Assembly (NCBI GenBank): GCA_026391675.1
Contig: JAPLDQ010000036.1
Span: 100,522 to 164,521, forward strand
Origin: Bacteroidota bacterium
GTDB lineage: Bacteria; Bacteroidota; Bacteroidia; Bacteroidales; JACABE01
Direction: 5' to 3'
DNA: 64,000 bases
Numbering within the stretch: position 1 is the stretch's first letter; each line of letters begins with the position of its first letter. The translations under genes and the position numbers were made by a program. Under the pieces are notes generated by a model. The model had not been told where the DNA came from. It saw only the letters and a list, made by a program, of their open reading frames with translations, and searched no databases. Shown one piece after another: positions 9,928 through 18,662 of this stretch.

Positions 9928-11022
9928 TTATTCAATTTCAATTTTAGAAAACTTCCTGTGTTTTTTTCGTAAAATTAATATAGGTATAAGAGAAAGCAGA
10001 GAACATAAAGCTAATATTAAAATCATGAGTAAAATAATACCCAGACTTTGTAAAAAGAATGCTAAACAAATAATTAAGATGTTGCTTAAAACCAGTATCA
10101 ACGTTGATGTAGCATGCGAAAAGCCAAGTTCCAGTAATTTATGATGCATATGGGATTTATCCGCTTTAAAAGGAGATTGTTTGCGTAAAATTCTTATGAT
10201 AAAAACTCTCATCGTATCAAACATTGGGATAATTAAAATAGAAAACGAAACAGCCGGTGAAGCAATGATATGATAATATCCTGAAATATCAATATTGCTT
10301 TGGTTAAACTGAATAGCAAACACGGCAATTAAATAGCCTAAAACCAGGGAACCGGTATCGCCCATAAATATTTTATTGTCTTTGCTGAAAAGATTAAAAC
10401 GCAAAAAACCGAGTAATGCTCCAATTAATGCTATCGTTAAGAAAGAAAAACCATATTGTTCGGTTAAATAAAACCAGATTCCAAAAGTTGCAGAAGTCAC
10501 AATACCAATACCAGCTGCTAATCCGTCAATACCATCAATCAGGTTGAACGCATTAATAATTACAATTACGACAAAAATGGTTAAATAAAGACTCCAATGG
10601 TATTCAATATTTGTAATTCCTAAAAATCCATGTAAACTGGATAATCTGATATTGGCAAAATCAACTAAAATAATAGCTGCAACAATCTGGGCTCCAAGTT
10701 TACTTAATGGAGCTGTTACGAAAATATCATCTTTAACGCCAATAAAAAACATTAACATTACACCGGCAGCAATATATCTGAATTCAAGTAAAGATCCGGC
10801 AGGAAGAAAAAGCAATGCAGTAAAAATAAAACCTGAAAATATTGCAATACCACCCAAAGTTGCCGTTGGTTTGTTATGTGATGTCCTGTCACCGGGTAAG
10901 TCTGTTAAACCTTTAGCATGAGATAATACAATAATTGGTTTAACGGATAAATAACTTATTACAAATGCTGTAATAAAATTTATAATTAAAGTGACATAAT
11001 GTGTAATAAAAAAAATCTTCAT
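9928..11022 (-). CDS. MraY/WecA-family polyprenyl-phosphate HexNAc-1-phosphate transferase
   Basis: Polytopic membrane protein with the family motifs NAFNLIDGIDGLA and MGDTGS. Confidence 0.85.
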   Translation of the reverse strand: MKIFFITHYVTLIINFITAFVISYLSVKPIIVLSHAKGLTDLPGDRTSHNKPTATLGGIAIFSGFIFTALLFLPAGSLLEFRYIAAGVMLMFFIGVKDDIFVTAPLSKLGAQIVAAIILVDFANIRLSSLHGFLGITNIEYHWSLYLTIFVVIVIINAFNLIDGIDGLAAGIGIVTSATFGIWFYLTEQYGFSFLTIALIGALLGFLRFNLFSKDNKIFMGDTGSLVLGYLIAVFAIQFNQSNIDISGYYHIIASPAVSFSILIIPMFDTMRVFIIRILRKQSPFKADKSHMHHKLLELGFSHATSTLILVLSNILIICLAFFLQSLGIILLMILILALCSLLSLIPILILRKKHRKFSKIEIE

Positions 11023-11113
11023 TCTGTTTTTTTACTTTAATCTAAATTTTTACTTAATATTTTAGCTGCAAATATATTAAATTATATTTCAACTGTTAAT
11101 AATAAATTAAATT

Positions 11114-12355
11114 TTAACTTTTTTCGGGAACAACCACAGGAAAATCATAATCAAAATCCTGATAATGTTTATATTCTAAAATATTACCCAGAAAATTTGT
11201 ATAGGCATCGGTGAATTTAAACTTGTTGATATCATAATATGGATCAGAAAGGGCTTTGTTGCCAATTGCACCCATATCTATAGAAGATGTGTTAAACTCT
11301 TCCAGTTCCTGAAAAGGAACTATTTTATTCATGGTTGGCATTTGTCCGTATTCTTCGCGTAATAACAAATCAACAACTTTATCAGCCAATGTGGTTGTAA
11401 GACGACGGTCATACTGGCTGCATCTTCCGCTACGTGCATAATAGCCGGTTATTTGGGCTCTTGCATCTATGCCTAATTTTTGGGAAATTTCAGATGCAAT
11501 AATTCCGCTGATGCCACCAAAACGGGGATGTCCGTATTCATCCAATTCAGAGCTTGCATATACAACATCTACTTTCGCTGATTTTTCATCATACCATCTT
11601 ACGCCTTCCGAAACAGGTATAATAAGCATTTTTTTAGGGGCACGCAAATAGGTTTCTTTTACTGTTTCAAAGAAAAATTCCTTGCGCTCTTTTGTCATTT
11701 CAAATTCAGGGATTAAGGCTAATTCAGCACCGCCAAATAAAGCAGAACCTGTAAGCCAGCCTGCATCACGACCCATTATTTCCAATATCATAATGCGTGA
11801 ATGTGATTCTGCTGTGGTTTTTAATTTACCGGTGAATTCCGCTATCGCTTTAGCAGCAGAAGGAAATCCGGGGCATAAAACGGCTTCAATAGATTTATTT
11901 TCATACTGATGCAGGGATAGTGTTCTTAAGTCATTATCTATCGTTTTAGGAAAACCAATTACAGGAATACCTTCTGTTTCGTACAGGCGTTTTGCTGCGC
12001 CATTGGTATCATCGCCACCTATAGTAACTAAAACATCTATTTTATATCTTTTAAGGTTTCTTAAAATCTGAGGAACACGATTTTCTGGATTTTTCTTTGA
12101 TGGAAAAGGATTGGTTCTGCTCGAACGCAGGGCTGTACCACCATACCATCCATCATAAGGCTGGTTGGTTAAATCAATAATATCACCTTCTCCCAGCAAA
12201 CCTTTCCAGCCCTGTCTGATTCCATAGACTTTATATCCCAGCATAGATGCTCTGTTACGTATTGCTTCTATGCTTGAATTTATTGCCGGAGTATCTCCTC
12301 CGCCTGATAAAATTGCCAGTGTTTTTCCTTTAAATAATTTGTGTTCTGATTTCAT
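11114..12355 (-). CDS. pfp: 6-phosphofructokinase, probably pyrophosphate-dependent
   Basis: PFK motifs GGDDTNGAA and PKTIDNDL. Asp in GGDD (rather than GGDG) is the established marker of PPi-dependent enzymes. Confidence 0.8.
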   Translation of the reverse strand: MKSEHKLFKGKTLAILSGGGDTPAINSSIEAIRNRASMLGYKVYGIRQGWKGLLGEGDIIDLTNQPYDGWYGGTALRSSRTNPFPSKKNPENRVPQILRNLKRYKIDVLVTIGGDDTNGAAKRLYETEGIPVIGFPKTIDNDLRTLSLHQYENKSIEAVLCPGFPSAAKAIAEFTGKLKTTAESHSRIMILEIMGRDAGWLTGSALFGGAELALIPEFEMTKERKEFFFETVKETYLRAPKKMLIIPVSEGVRWYDEKSAKVDVVYASSELDEYGHPRFGGISGIIASEISQKLGIDARAQITGYYARSGRCSQYDRRLTTTLADKVVDLLLREEYGQMPTMNKIVPFQELEEFNTSSIDMGAIGNKALSDPYYDINKFKFTDAYTNFLGNILEYKHYQDFDYDFPVVVPEKS

Positions 12356-12474
12356 CTGTTATTTATTTTTAATTTTTATCTGTCAGATGGAATACGCCAT
12401 AAAATATCATTCTAGAATTGTATGATTATTTATATTATGGCTATTTCATATTCGATATTTAATATAATTTATTT

Positions 12475-13806
12475 TTATTTATAAATTGGACTTCCTTCAG
12501 GTGTTTTATTTTTGTCTTCCAATAATTTTTCTTCTTTAAATTTTTTGCCTTTATTGTAAGTAACCCTGTATACCAGATTACCTTTGTTATCCCAGTATTG
12601 CCAGATTCCATCCTTAAGTTGCAATACATATGAACCCTCTCCTGATTTCTTACCGTTTTGATAATATTCAGTCCATTTTCCATCCATTTTACCTTTTACA
12701 AAGCTTTGCTCTTTATATTTGATGCCGAATTTATCATAAAATTCCCAAAGCCCTTCTTTTTCATTTTCTTTGTAATTTCCTATTGATAACAATACAGCTT
12801 TTTCACTCCACTCAGTCCATTTCCCATCTATTTTGCCTTTTTTATAAGCACCTTCAGTCTTTTTTATACCATTTTCAAACCAAAACAAATCTGAACCATT
12901 CTTTACACCTTCAGTATAATACGTTTCATATTTCTTTTTGCCGTTTTTATAAAAGCCTTCCCACTTACCATCCATTTTCCCTTTCTTAAATTCACCTTTA
13001 AAATCAATGTTTCCATCTTCAAACCATTGGGTCCAGTTGCCTTCTTCTTTACCGTCAGCGAATTTCCCTTCATGGAATTTCTGACCGCTTTCGTACCATA
13101 CTATCCAATTTCCTGATTTCTTTCCATCCTCAAAGTTACCTTCTTTCCATTTTTCACCGGTTTCATAAAAATATATCCATTTCCCGTTTTGTTTATCGGC
13201 AATAAAGCTTCCTTTACTTCCGGTTTTTCCATTTTTATGATAAAAAATCCAGGCACTGTCCTGTAAATCATCTTTCAGTTTACCTTCCATTTCTTTTACG
13301 CCTGTATCATACCACCATTTACCATAGCAATTGAGCTTATTGTCAACATAAACACCTTCAAAACTTTTTTCACCGTTTTTATGAAAAACTGAGGTTTTCC
13401 CTTGTTTTAATCCATTCACATAGAAATATTCTTCCTGTAATGTCCCATCTTCATACCAGGCATTATATTTACCATCAAATTTTCCGTTTACAATGTTTAC
13501 TTCGGTTTTCTTTTTTCCGTTGGCATACCAGAAAATATTAGTGCCGTTTTCGAAGTATTCTTCGCTCTGTTTGGCACCATCATCATAAAAACTTATGCAT
13601 TTACCTGTTTTTTTACCTTTAATAAGATTTTCTTCTTTCCATATTTTACCGTTTTTGTACCACCAGGTCCATTTCCCTTCACGGACGGAGTCTTTAATAA
13701 GGCCTTCCCTGAGTTTTTGACCATTATCCCAATAATCTGTTTTTTGTTCCTGCGAAAAGGCAGTTGAACAAAAGCTAAAAAGAGCAATAATAAGCAGATA
13801 ACGCAT
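12475..13806 (-). CDS. secreted MORN-variant / YwqK-like repeat protein
   Basis: Signal peptide (ALFSFCSTAFSQ) followed by about 15 repeats of the ~23-aa pattern W..WYENG.K..EG.F..GK..G.W. Confidence 0.75.
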   Translation of the reverse strand: MRYLLIIALFSFCSTAFSQEQKTDYWDNGQKLREGLIKDSVREGKWTWWYKNGKIWKEENLIKGKKTGKCISFYDDGAKQSEEYFENGTNIFWYANGKKKTEVNIVNGKFDGKYNAWYEDGTLQEEYFYVNGLKQGKTSVFHKNGEKSFEGVYVDNKLNCYGKWWYDTGVKEMEGKLKDDLQDSAWIFYHKNGKTGSKGSFIADKQNGKWIYFYETGEKWKEGNFEDGKKSGNWIVWYESGQKFHEGKFADGKEEGNWTQWFEDGNIDFKGEFKKGKMDGKWEGFYKNGKKKYETYYTEGVKNGSDLFWFENGIKKTEGAYKKGKIDGKWTEWSEKAVLLSIGNYKENEKEGLWEFYDKFGIKYKEQSFVKGKMDGKWTEYYQNGKKSGEGSYVLQLKDGIWQYWDNKGNLVYRVTYNKGKKFKEEKLLEDKNKTPEGSPIYK

Positions 13807-13831
13807 TTTATATGTATTTTATATTATTAAT

Positions 13832-14806
13832 TTATTTTTTTCTTTCAATGGTAAACAATACAAGTTGTTCCATAGCAGTTTTAGCTTCGCTGTCGGGCAT
13901 TTCCGATAATAATCCTAATGCTTTATCCTTGTATTCGTTCATTTTATCTCTTGCGTATTCAATCCCACCACTATTATTAACTTTTCCGATAAGCTGAGCA
14001 ACTTTTTCGGGTTTATTGTGATGATGTTTGACAATATTAATAGCCTTTCTCTTTTCCAGAAAATCGGAATTATTGAGCATATAAATCAGAGGTAATGTCA
14101 TTTTTTGTTCTTTAATATCGATACCGTTGGGCTTACCGGTTTCCCGGCTGTTCTCATAGTCAAATAAATCATCTTTAATCTGGAAAGCAATACCCACATA
14201 TTCGCCAAACTGATGCATTTTTTGTATGATGGTTTCGTCAGTTGAAGTTGAAGCAGCACCGCAGGCACAGCAGGATGCTATTAATGAGGCTGTTTTTTTA
14301 CGTATTATTTCGTAATAAATTTCTTCTTTTATATCCAGATGACGGGCTTTTTCAATCTGTAACAATTCGCCTTCACTCATTTCCCTTACCGCATTGGAAA
14401 CTATTTTCAGCAATTGAAATTCATTTTTCTCGATGGCAAGCAATAAACCTTTCGAAAGCAAAAAATCACCCACTAAAACCGCAATTTTGTTTTTCCACAA
14501 CGCATTGATAGAGAAAAAACCACGGCGTTCGTTGGAATCATCCACCACATCATCATGTACAAGTGTTGCGGTATGAAGCAATTCTATAAGTGAAGCAGCT
14601 CTATAGGTACTTTCATTAATCTCACCACAAATTTTTGCAGTTAAAAACACAAACATCGGACGAATCTGCTTACCTTTGCGTTTGATTATATAACGTGTAA
14701 TTATATCAAGTAAAGGGACAGAACTCTGCATTGATAATTTGAATTTTTTCTCAAATATATCAATGTTTTCGACTATCGGTTTTTTTATATCGCTGAGTGA
14801 GGTCAT
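13832..14806 (-). CDS. long-chain polyprenyl diphosphate synthase (IspB type)
   Basis: Two Asp-rich motifs, LVHDDVVDD and FQIKDDLFD. The track start is TTG 14827; the first ATG is 14806. Confidence 0.85.
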   Translation of the reverse strand: MTSLSDIKKPIVENIDIFEKKFKLSMQSSVPLLDIITRYIIKRKGKQIRPMFVFLTAKICGEINESTYRAASLIELLHTATLVHDDVVDDSNERRGFFSINALWKNKIAVLVGDFLLSKGLLLAIEKNEFQLLKIVSNAVREMSEGELLQIEKARHLDIKEEIYYEIIRKKTASLIASCCACGAASTSTDETIIQKMHQFGEYVGIAFQIKDDLFDYENSRETGKPNGIDIKEQKMTLPLIYMLNNSDFLEKRKAINIVKHHHNKPEKVAQLIGKVNNSGGIEYARDKMNEYKDKALGLLSEMPDSEAKTAMEQLVLFTIERKK

Positions 14807-14926
14807 GGTACTATTTTCAAAAATCAAAATTAATGAAATTTTAATTAGAAAAAACGTTTTATACTTTCTTTTGTTCGTTTACGTTAAATAACGAACTTAG
14901 CAATATTGTTATTAACAAACCGGTTT

Positions 14927-15706
14927 ATGAGCGGATTTTTATTTAATGAAATTATATTTGGCCCTGTAAAAAGCAGAAGATTAGGTATTTCTCTTGGGAT
15001 TAACCTTTTGCCTACCAATCATAAGGTTTGCAATTATAATTGTGTGTATTGCGAATGTGGCTGGAATAAAGAACTGAATGCTGATGATATCAAATTACCA
15101 GCCAGGATAGAAATTAAAAATGCTTTAGAAGAAAGACTCATTAAGCTAAAAAATGAGAATATGCCTCTGGATTCGATAACATTTGCAGGCAATGGCGAAC
15201 CAAGCATACATCCTGAGTTTATTGGTATTGTGGATGATGTTATCGAATTAAGAAATAAATATTATCCAACGGCCAGAACAACTGTTTTATCCAATGCCGG
15301 ATTATTGAATAATGATGCTATATTTGAAGCTTTAATCAAGCTGGATAATAATATCTTAAAGTTAGATGCCGGAACCGATAAGATGTATCATCTGATAAAC
15401 AGAGGTTCAAAGCATATCTTCTTAGATGAAATTGTTGAAAACCTTAAGAAATTTAAAGGAAAACTGGTTATCCAAACCTTGTTTCTGAAAGGTAAATATA
15501 ATGATGAAATTATTGACAATACAACAAAAGAGGAAGTTGAAGCATGGTTAAAGCATATAGCTGAAATTCGGCCTGAATATGTTATGATATATCCTATTGA
15601 CAGGGCTACACCAGCTGATAATCTTGAGAAAATTGAAAGGAAACAACTGGAAGCCATTGCAGCAAGGGTAAATGCTTTAGGTATAAAAACAAAAGTCTAT
15701 AATTAA
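14927..15706 (+). CDS. radical SAM protein, function unknown
   Basis: CNYNCVYCECG cluster motif near the N-terminus. The track start is TTG 14906; the ATG is at 14927. Confidence 0.7.
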   Translation: MSGFLFNEIIFGPVKSRRLGISLGINLLPTNHKVCNYNCVYCECGWNKELNADDIKLPARIEIKNALEERLIKLKNENMPLDSITFAGNGEPSIHPEFIGIVDDVIELRNKYYPTARTTVLSNAGLLNNDAIFEALIKLDNNILKLDAGTDKMYHLINRGSKHIFLDEIVENLKKFKGKLVIQTLFLKGKYNDEIIDNTTKEEVEAWLKHIAEIRPEYVMIYPIDRATPADNLEKIERKQLEAIAARVNALGIKTKVYN

Positions 15707-15735
15707 TAAATAATTTTTAATCTTCATATTTAGTT

Positions 15736-16143
15736 ATGGAAGAATATGATATAAAAATATTGCTCGCCTTCGGGAAAGCTGTTGATGGGAACAAAGACTT
15801 TTTTAAATGGCTGCTGAAAAATGGTTATCCTGAACTGGCTGCGCTATCCAATGCTATAAGGGGAGATGAAGAAGCCTTGCAATGGCTGTTAAACAATGGT
15901 TATCCAAAACTGGCCATACTGAGTAATGCCATGGACAATGAACCCAATGCCATACAATGGTTGATTAATTCAAAAAATGATATACTTTTCCAGTTTGCAC
16001 AGGCTGCCAGAGGTGATCAGGATGCCATGAAATGGTTTCATAAAAGAAATCTAACCATCTATATTTATCTGGCTGAACATATTAATAAGCTTCTAAATCT
16101 TCAGGCAAAAGAAAATACATTCTGGTATAAAATGAAGTTTTAG
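15736..16143 (+). CDS. hypothetical protein with three ~32-aa helical repeats
   Basis: The motif WLLKNGYPELAALSNAIRGDEEALQWL recurs three times with variation. No signal peptide and no known motif. Confidence 0.55.
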   Translation: MEEYDIKILLAFGKAVDGNKDFFKWLLKNGYPELAALSNAIRGDEEALQWLLNNGYPKLAILSNAMDNEPNAIQWLINSKNDILFQFAQAARGDQDAMKWFHKRNLTIYIYLAEHINKLLNLQAKENTFWYKMKF

Positions 16144-16157
16144 ATTAGTCCGGAAAA

Positions 16158-17780
16158 TTATTTTCTTTTTAGTAAAAATCCCTTTACTAAACTTAATAAA
16201 AGAAGGATTAAGCCTCCATATAAAGCAATTATACCAATATAATCACCAAATTTAACATAAAATGTTATTGTATTGTTGGCATACAGAGTTTGTCTGATAA
16301 CATCAGGTTTCCAGTACTCTGTCCGTTGTAATACATCACCCCTCTGATTTATAAAACAAGAAATACCGGTATTAGCCGATCTGGCGAAGTCTCTGCGACA
16401 TTCAACGGCTCTTAACGCAGCATAACTAAAATGCTGGCGGTGTCCTGCTGTGTTACCCCACCAACCGTCGTTGGTAATAATAAACAGTAATTCAGCTCCA
16501 TTTTTAACAAATTCACTAACATAGGCACCATAAACAGATTCATAGCAAATAACAGGGCTTACATTTGAATTGTTCTTACAATGAAAAACCTTGCGTTCAG
16601 CATCAATTCCCAAGGTTCCTATGGTTCCACCCAAATCCAGGGCAAATTTCTCAATCGGTTTGAATATTTTTTTGAAAGGCATTTTTTCAACCCCGGGTGT
16701 AAGTTTCGATTTATGGTAAAGTTGTAAAACACCGTTTTGGTCTACCAGTAATGCAGTATTATATTCTTCGTAATACCTGTCTTTTTCATCAGGATAATCT
16801 CTTGCAGCTGCGGTAATTGCAGCACCTTTTTCAAGCAGTCTTCTTGATGACAAACCTGTAATTACTGCTAATTTGGGGTATGCTGAAACAAAATACCGCA
16901 ATCTGTTTACACTGGGCGAAAAACTAAAACGGTCTTCCCATATATACTCCTGTAAGGCACTTTCAGGAAAGAGTACAAACTCAACATTGCTGTCAGTTTT
17001 TTGTTGTGCCAAATTTAACATTCGCTCCAGAATTTCTAATGGAGGAGTGGTATATTGTTCAAAATAAGGATCAATATTGGGTTGTACTGCAACAACTTCG
17101 GTTGCTTTACCTTTTTCCTGATAGTGATAATATGTAAAAAGAGAAAATATCAAGGGTAAAGTAACTATTAATAAACAGCTTAGACTTGTTTTTAGAAATT
17201 TATTATTGAGTTTGAATGAAAATTTATCTTTGTTCCTGATATGCAATAATATTTCAAACAATAAAACATTTACCAGCATTACCCATAAGGTTCCTCCAAA
17301 AGCACCGGTAATATCAAACCATTGAACAAGCTGAGGATGAGTAGCAAATACATTTCCAAGGATAAGCCAGGGAAAAGAAAAATCCCAGTCCAGATTAAAA
17401 TATTCAAAAGCTATCCAGTAGAGTATCAGTGCCAGATAAGCTTTATTCCCTTTAAAAATAATCTTACGGGAATAATGGTAAAAATTGAATACCAACGTCA
17501 TTAAAAATGTCATCAGCAGAAAGGCAAATATGGCTCCGGCTTTTGTTGAATTCCATATCCAGTAAGTAGTAAGTACATTCCAAACCAAAAAGCCTGCAAA
17601 AGCAATCAGGAAAAAGCTGAATTTACCATGCTGATGTGGATTTTTGGTAATTTCATGCTCAATCCAAAGCATAGGAATAAATGCAATAAATATCAGATAG
17701 CAAAATCCGTTTAAAGGCCAGGCAGCGGCTAAAAGCAAACCCGAAAGTATGGAAAGTAAAATTAGCTGGTATTTTTTCAT
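16158..17780 (-). CDS. lnt: apolipoprotein N-acyltransferase
   Basis: Multi-TM N-terminal half plus a CN-hydrolase domain with VLFPESALQ and the catalytic-Cys segment VSPVICYES. Confidence 0.9.
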   Translation of the reverse strand: MKKYQLILLSILSGLLLAAAWPLNGFCYLIFIAFIPMLWIEHEITKNPHQHGKFSFFLIAFAGFLVWNVLTTYWIWNSTKAGAIFAFLLMTFLMTLVFNFYHYSRKIIFKGNKAYLALILYWIAFEYFNLDWDFSFPWLILGNVFATHPQLVQWFDITGAFGGTLWVMLVNVLLFEILLHIRNKDKFSFKLNNKFLKTSLSCLLIVTLPLIFSLFTYYHYQEKGKATEVVAVQPNIDPYFEQYTTPPLEILERMLNLAQQKTDSNVEFVLFPESALQEYIWEDRFSFSPSVNRLRYFVSAYPKLAVITGLSSRRLLEKGAAITAAARDYPDEKDRYYEEYNTALLVDQNGVLQLYHKSKLTPGVEKMPFKKIFKPIEKFALDLGGTIGTLGIDAERKVFHCKNNSNVSPVICYESVYGAYVSEFVKNGAELLFIITNDGWWGNTAGHRQHFSYAALRAVECRRDFARSANTGISCFINQRGDVLQRTEYWKPDVIRQTLYANNTITFYVKFGDYIGIIALYGGLILLLLSLVKGFLLKRK

Positions 17781-17842
17781 TTGTTATAATTTTTATTTAA
17801 ACCTGGAATGTTTTAAAACCTTCCAGATTATGTCCTTTATTA

Positions 17843-17873
17843 CCCCTGACAGGGTTCGGAACCCTGTCAGGGG
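17843..17873. other. GC-rich 31-bp near-perfect palindrome (hairpin) between the 5-FCL stop and the lnt start
   Basis: CCCCTGACAGGGTT-CGG-AACCCTGTCAGGGG, a 14-bp stem. No U-tract on either strand. Confidence 0.6.
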
Positions 17874-17883
17874 TGGGCAAATA

Positions 17884-18423
17884 TTATTCGGCTATTATTT
17901 CGTCCATTTTTATATCATGTAATTCTGCAGGAACCTCATCTACAAGCTGAAAATTAAAACACAACGCTATTTTATACGCTCTCAGATAAGGTAACAACCC
18001 GTCATAATAGCCTTTCCCGTGCCCCATCCTGTTTTTCGCCTTATCAAAAGCCACACCGGGAACAATAACTAAATCTATAGCGTTGAAATCAGTAAAATTT
18101 TCACCATCCGGCTCCTGTATGCCATATTTTTCGCCAATTATCAATGATTGTGCGCTTGAAAATTTCTTAAGGTGCAACTTATCTCCTCTTACAACCGGCA
18201 AAATAATTTCTTTATCTTTTGCCCATTTATTAATAAAATCATGGGTTTGTACTTCGTCTTCCATCGACCAGTAGAGCATTACAGTTTTTGCCTGCTGAAA
18301 AACAACATGTTGCTCAAGTTTCGAAAATAATACTGAAGAACGTTGCAGCTTTTCTTCGTAAGCAATACTTCTTAAAAGCTTTTTTATGAATTGACGTAAA
18401 GCTTTTTTTTGTTCGTTTATCAT
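17884..18423 (-). CDS. 5-formyltetrahydrofolate cyclo-ligase
   Basis: 179 aa with the family motif VPGVAFDKAKNRMGHGKGYYD. Confidence 0.85.
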   Translation of the reverse strand: MINEQKKALRQFIKKLLRSIAYEEKLQRSSVLFSKLEQHVVFQQAKTVMLYWSMEDEVQTHDFINKWAKDKEIILPVVRGDKLHLKKFSSAQSLIIGEKYGIQEPDGENFTDFNAIDLVIVPGVAFDKAKNRMGHGKGYYDGLLPYLRAYKIALCFNFQLVDEVPAELHDIKMDEIIAE

Positions 18424-18556
18424 TTTATACCAAACTGATTTATAAATTAGTTTAATCGTAAATGGTATAATACCGATCAGAAAGATGTTGTAGCTCCAAG
18501 AACGAAGTGAATTGGACTACTACTTATTTCATTTCGGTATTTCCAAAAAAGAAATT

Positions 18557-18564
18557 CAAAATTA
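18557..18564 (-). promoter_or_regulatory. Bacteroidota -7 box upstream of the 5-FCL leader
   Basis: The minus strand reads TAATTTTG. It would give a ~125-nt leader before ATG 18423. Confidence 0.35.
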
Positions 18565-18598
18565 AAAGTAAATTTTGAATTGAATATAAATATTTAAT

Positions 18599-18634
18599 AA
18601 AAAGAAAAACCCGTCTTACTCTATGCAAGACGGG
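18599..18634 (-). terminator. rho-independent terminator of the TBDR-lipoprotein operon
   Basis: Minus strand: CCCGTCTT-(9 nt)-AAGACGGG followed by TTTTTCTTTTT. Lies 29 nt after the stop at 18663. Confidence 0.75.
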
Positions 18635-18662
18635 TCAATCTTATTTTAAAGCTTTTATCTTA

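Noticed and set aside
12459-12683. 74-aa minus-strand ORF overlapping the 3' end of the MORN-repeat gene in another frame.
   Set aside because: It is fully embedded in the repeat-protein gene, whose periodic W/G/K repeat pattern validates the longer frame.
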